Below are positions 60,582 to 64,000 of a stretch of 64,000 bases of DNA, one piece after another. Under the pieces are notes generated by a model. It made no database searches and was not told the DNA's origin. It worked only from the letters and a program-made list of their open reading frames with translations. The translations under genes and the position numbers were made by a program. The stretch's first letter is position 1, and the number at the start of each line of letters is the position of its first letter. The stretch covers positions 29,721 to 93,720 of the IMG/VR virus record IMGVR_UViG_3300037067_009442; one strand, 5' to 3'. This stretch comes from a virus (Duplodnaviria > Heunggongvirae > Uroviricota > Caudoviricetes).

Positions 60582-63545
60582 GTGCCAAAGTCCAAAGTCA
60601 AGGCCATCAATGGAATCAGCTTCAAGACGGGTACTCACCCCCTAAGAGACGTTGGAGACTTCCGTGTTTGGCAACGAGCATGCCTCAAGAAGTTGGACTT
60701 ATCCAGAAGAGCTGTAGTTCAATCTCCTCCTGGATCAGGTAAGTCTACGGTAGCGATGGCTCGTGGAGCCATCCTCTTAGCTCGAAACCCCAAACTAAAG
60801 CACTTAGTTTCTGTCCCACAGAACGTCATTGCAACTTCATTCACGAAAGAGAGCTTAGAGGCCAAGATCCCCGGAGTCTCTTGGCCGAAAGTCGGCAAGC
60901 TTACTTGGAGGGTAGACTCAAACCACATCGAGTGTGAAGCCAAGGTTGACAAGCTCTACCGTTTCATCACGGAAAGAGTTCGTAACCCGAATGAGAGGTT
61001 GATGGTATGTACTCATCAAGCCCTCACCGCAGTCTTCAAGCGCCTCAAAGCAGAGAGTAAGCTTTCAGCTCTCAAGAACCTACTCCTGACCATCGATGAG
61101 ATCCACCACTCGGAGTCCATGATCTTCGAGGAGAACGAGGAGGAAAGGATCCTTGAGAACAAGCTTGGGGAGATTGTCGGTCATTTTTTCAAGCATGACC
61201 TTCGTCTGGACATGTTCACAGCCACTCTGATGCGGTCCAACCTCTCGGACATTATCCCTTCCAAGTATGCAGAAGGGGCAGATTATGCCAAGTACACTCG
61301 GTACATGGATGAGCATCTTGAGGAGTTGAACTTCAAGGGTGGGGTTCACATCAGGTTCCTCATCTGTAGCCCTGAAGAAGCCCTGAAGCACGTTTACAAT
61401 GAAGACGCTTCAATGAAGACGTTCGTCTACCTCCCCCCGGTAGGTTCTTGGATCATGAACCGGTATAGGGACAAGTACTCGATGCTATCTCGGCTTCAGA
61501 GAGTTCTCCGTGCTAAGACCCTCAGAACTGTCGACCTAGTGACTGAGGGAGACCGAGACGCACGAAAAGAGGTGTTCCTCAAGAGCATTGGGGGTGATGA
61601 GCCTGACCTTCTATGGGCACTCAACATGTGCAAAGAAGGGTTTGATTGGCCTAATGCGAGTCGGTCGGTTGTCATTGGGCCACGTGGTTCGATGGTTGAT
61701 ATAATCCAGACACTAGGGCGCCTGTTACGGTCAGGTAAGAAGGATCGGGTTGAGTTCAATATCGTCTTCCCAATAGCAGGAAAGCCCGACCCAGAGCAGG
61801 TCCAAGAGTACCTGAACATCATAATCCAAAGCTTGATAGTCGAGTGGTGCTTCAGTCGCCCTAAGGTGAAGAATAAACGTGAGCAGGAAGTAATTGACCA
61901 CGCCTTCATTGAGAACCCATCCCTGGGTCAGAAGGCACTTCAGGCTTGCATCACTGCTGGCATCAACTCGGAGGGTGATGTAGACGCCGTAAAGGCTATC
62001 AGGAAGGGGTTGGACCGCTTTGACCTGAATAAAATACCTACTGAAGACAAGGACATCATGGCACCTATCCTGAGCCGAATGGTGGCTAGTGGGTTAGGGG
62101 GTCTTGGATCCACCTCAGGTAAGGTTCAACTAGTCAAGAATGTATTCGGTAGGGTTCGCACGTGGGGTGCTTCGTTTGGGTACCAACACCTACGAGAGAT
62201 TAGAGAGAGTCAGAATCGTAAGGGTTGGCTAACCGAGGATCAGATCTGGGAAGTAGCGAAAGCTTGGAAAGAACGTACGGGTAAGTGGCCTTCCTTAGAA
62301 ACTAAAGGTGCAATCCCTGAGCTACCTAGGTCTACCTGGATTGGAGTTAATGCAGCCCTCAGGGGGGGTATTAGAGGGTTACCAAGTGGATCCTCTTTGG
62401 GTGCTCTCCTAGCTTCAAGGGGAGTGCTGAATCATAGTAGTAAAGTGGCCCTGACAGAGGACAAGATCTGGAAAGTAGCAAAAGCTTGGAAAGAACGTAC
62501 GGGTAAGTGGCCTTCCCAGGATACTAAAGGTGAAATCCCTGAATTACCTGGTAATACCTGGATTGGAGTTAATGCAGCCCTCAGGGGGGGTATTAGAGGG
62601 CTACCAGGTGGATCCTCTTTGAGTGTTCTCCTAGCTTCAAGGGGGGTGCTAAATCAAGGTAGTAAAGTGGCCCTAACCGAGGATCAGATCTGGGAAGTAG
62701 CTCAGGCTTGGAAAGAACGTACGGGTAAGTGGCCTACTTTGATCACTAAAGGTGAAATCCCTGAACTACCTGGTAATACTTGGGGAGGAGTTAATGCAGT
62801 CCTCAGATTTGGTCATAGTGGGTTACGAGGTGGATCCTCTTTGGGTGCTCTCCTAGCTTCAAAGGGAGTGCTGAATCGTAGTAGTAGGGTAGCCCTGACA
62901 GAGGACAAGATATGGAAAGTAGCGAAAGCTTGGAAAGAACGTACGGGTAAGTGGCCTACTTTGATCACTAAAGGTGAAATCCCTGAACTACCTGGTAATA
63001 CTTGGATTGGGGTTAATGCAGCCCTCAGTGGGGGTTATCGAGGGCTACCAGGTGGATCCTCTTTGGGTGCTCTCCTAGCTTCAAAGGGAGTGCTGAATCG
63101 TAGTAGTAGGGTAGCCCTGACAGAGGACAAGATATGGAAAGTAGCGAAAGCTTGGGAGAAGCGAACGGGTAAGTGGCCTACCTCGGATACTAAAGGTGAG
63201 ATCCCTGAGCTACCCGGCCCTACTTGGGCCACGCTTAATGCAGCCCTCAGATGGGGTTCTAGAGGGTTTCCAGGTGGATCCTCTTTGAGTGCTCTCCTAG
63301 CTTCAAGAGGTGTGTGGAACCAATGCAGTAAAATTACCCTAACCGAAGATCAAGTCTGGAAAGTAGTGAGAGCTTGGAAGGAGCGAACGGGTAAGTGGCC
63401 TACCTTAGAGACTAAAGGTGAGATTCCTGAATTCATAGGCGCTACTTGGGCCGGGATTAATAAAGCCCTCAGAGACGGTCGTCGAGGGCTCCCAGGTGGG
63501 ATCACACTCTCTGGGCTCAAGGAGAAGCTATCTAAGTGCGAGTGA
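60582..63545 (+). CDS. Superfamily 2 helicase with six C-terminal tandem repeats
   Basis: SPPGSGKS, DEIH, TAT, EGFDWP, QTLGRLLR; then 6 x 74-aa repeats. Confidence 0.88.
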   Translation: MPKSKVKAINGISFKTGTHPLRDVGDFRVWQRACLKKLDLSRRAVVQSPPGSGKSTVAMARGAILLARNPKLKHLVSVPQNVIATSFTKESLEAKIPGVSWPKVGKLTWRVDSNHIECEAKVDKLYRFITERVRNPNERLMVCTHQALTAVFKRLKAESKLSALKNLLLTIDEIHHSESMIFEENEEERILENKLGEIVGHFFKHDLRLDMFTATLMRSNLSDIIPSKYAEGADYAKYTRYMDEHLEELNFKGGVHIRFLICSPEEALKHVYNEDASMKTFVYLPPVGSWIMNRYRDKYSMLSRLQRVLRAKTLRTVDLVTEGDRDARKEVFLKSIGGDEPDLLWALNMCKEGFDWPNASRSVVIGPRGSMVDIIQTLGRLLRSGKKDRVEFNIVFPIAGKPDPEQVQEYLNIIIQSLIVEWCFSRPKVKNKREQEVIDHAFIENPSLGQKALQACITAGINSEGDVDAVKAIRKGLDRFDLNKIPTEDKDIMAPILSRMVASGLGGLGSTSGKVQLVKNVFGRVRTWGASFGYQHLREIRESQNRKGWLTEDQIWEVAKAWKERTGKWPSLETKGAIPELPRSTWIGVNAALRGGIRGLPSGSSLGALLASRGVLNHSSKVALTEDKIWKVAKAWKERTGKWPSQDTKGEIPELPGNTWIGVNAALRGGIRGLPGGSSLSVLLASRGVLNQGSKVALTEDQIWEVAQAWKERTGKWPTLITKGEIPELPGNTWGGVNAVLRFGHSGLRGGSSLGALLASKGVLNRSSRVALTEDKIWKVAKAWKERTGKWPTLITKGEIPELPGNTWIGVNAALSGGYRGLPGGSSLGALLASKGVLNRSSRVALTEDKIWKVAKAWEKRTGKWPTSDTKGEIPELPGPTWATLNAALRWGSRGFPGGSSLSALLASRGVWNQCSKITLTEDQVWKVVRAWKERTGKWPTLETKGEIPEFIGATWAGINKALRDGRRGLPGGITLSGLKEKLSKCE
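62229..63530 (+). repeat. Six tandem 222-bp coding repeats
   Basis: Units start near 62229, 62451, 62673, 62895, 63117 and 63339 (LTEDxIWxVAKAWKERTGKWP...GLPGGSSL). Confidence 0.93.
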
Positions 63546-64000
63546 ACGTCGGAACCGGGATCTCCTTCGAGGTGGCTTCACTACCGTCCCTGAACTCCGG
63601 ATTGGTCACGTACTGGGACAGATCTCGGATGTTCATTCCAATAGCGCCCGGTCAATCCAGCAGCGTCCTGTCTCAGTAAAAATGCTCCAAGGGATTGTCA
63701 CGTCAACGGTTGACGTTAGGCACATCTTTATGCTCTTCCTGGATAGGCTCCATTGACACACAGATGCAACCCTTGAGGTGCCGTAGTCCAGTGACCGTAT
63801 TGACCCAATGAAGAACATCAACCTCCTCCGGACAGCTGATGAGGATCCGAACCTCGTGAGTAGGCTCCACCGGACAGTTGATGAGGATCCGATCATCTTG
63901 AGTAGGTGAGACCTGAATCTCTATCTCCTTGAGGATCGTCTCACTCACCCTGAGGCCTTGATGCCGTATCTCATCAAGCACCCGCACCAAGGCCTCCTGA
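63532..64000 (-). pseudogene. Frameshifted, internally deleted paralog of 55770-56294 (runs off the window end)
   Basis: DRALLE then a 1-nt loss, then NIRDLSQYVTNPEFRDGSEATSKEIPVPTF in another frame; shares AGGACGCTGCTGGA. Confidence 0.6.

Noticed and set aside
1-64000. Stop-codon reassignment, as seen in some large phages
   Set aside because: Conserved genes are full length in code 11, and tagged genes end with TAA, TAG and TGA at the same position.
1-64000. tRNA or rRNA genes, cas1/cas2, and full-length self-targeting protospacers
   Set aside because: None recognised by eye. tRNAscan-SE and a spacer BLASTN are needed to exclude them properly.

Overview
This 64-kb window looks like an accessory (early/middle gene) region of a large or jumbo bacteriophage genome. 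It has standard genetic code, dense small ORFs and no recognisable rRNA, tRNA or core structural genes. The main system is a compact CRISPR-Cas locus without cas1/cas2: a 656-aa Cas12m-like (type V-M) effector with a non-canonical RuvC (57949-59919, minus) next to a 22-repeat, 21-spacer array (56329-57849). At least 18 otherwise diverse small proteins end in a shared C-terminal tag, (R/P)PTRFERE(D/E)V(I/V) or PTRFE(R/H)xL, and one CRISPR spacer encodes exactly this tag (APPSPPGPTRFER). That links the probably silencing-type Cas12m to this gene family. Sixteen copies of a sigma70-like promoter (TTGAGA-N17-TAGGAT) are present; 15 have an ATG placed for leaderless translation and one drives cas12m. 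A second upstream motif (YGGTGTA) precedes about 12 other genes. Also present are two closely related stand-alone TnpB genes, RNA-repair enzymes (Rnl2-like ligase, Pnk-like kinase, Thg1), and a ThiF/MoeB E1-like enzyme near a small Gly-Gly-terminated protein. Other genes include a Tad2/DUF2829-like anti-defence protein, a DNA methyltransferase, an Eco29kI-like nuclease, GHKL and AAA ATPases, thioredoxin, an ankyrin protein and an SF2 helicase with six tandem repeats. Two candidate structured ncRNAs were also noted. All family calls come from recognising motifs by eye; no database search was run.
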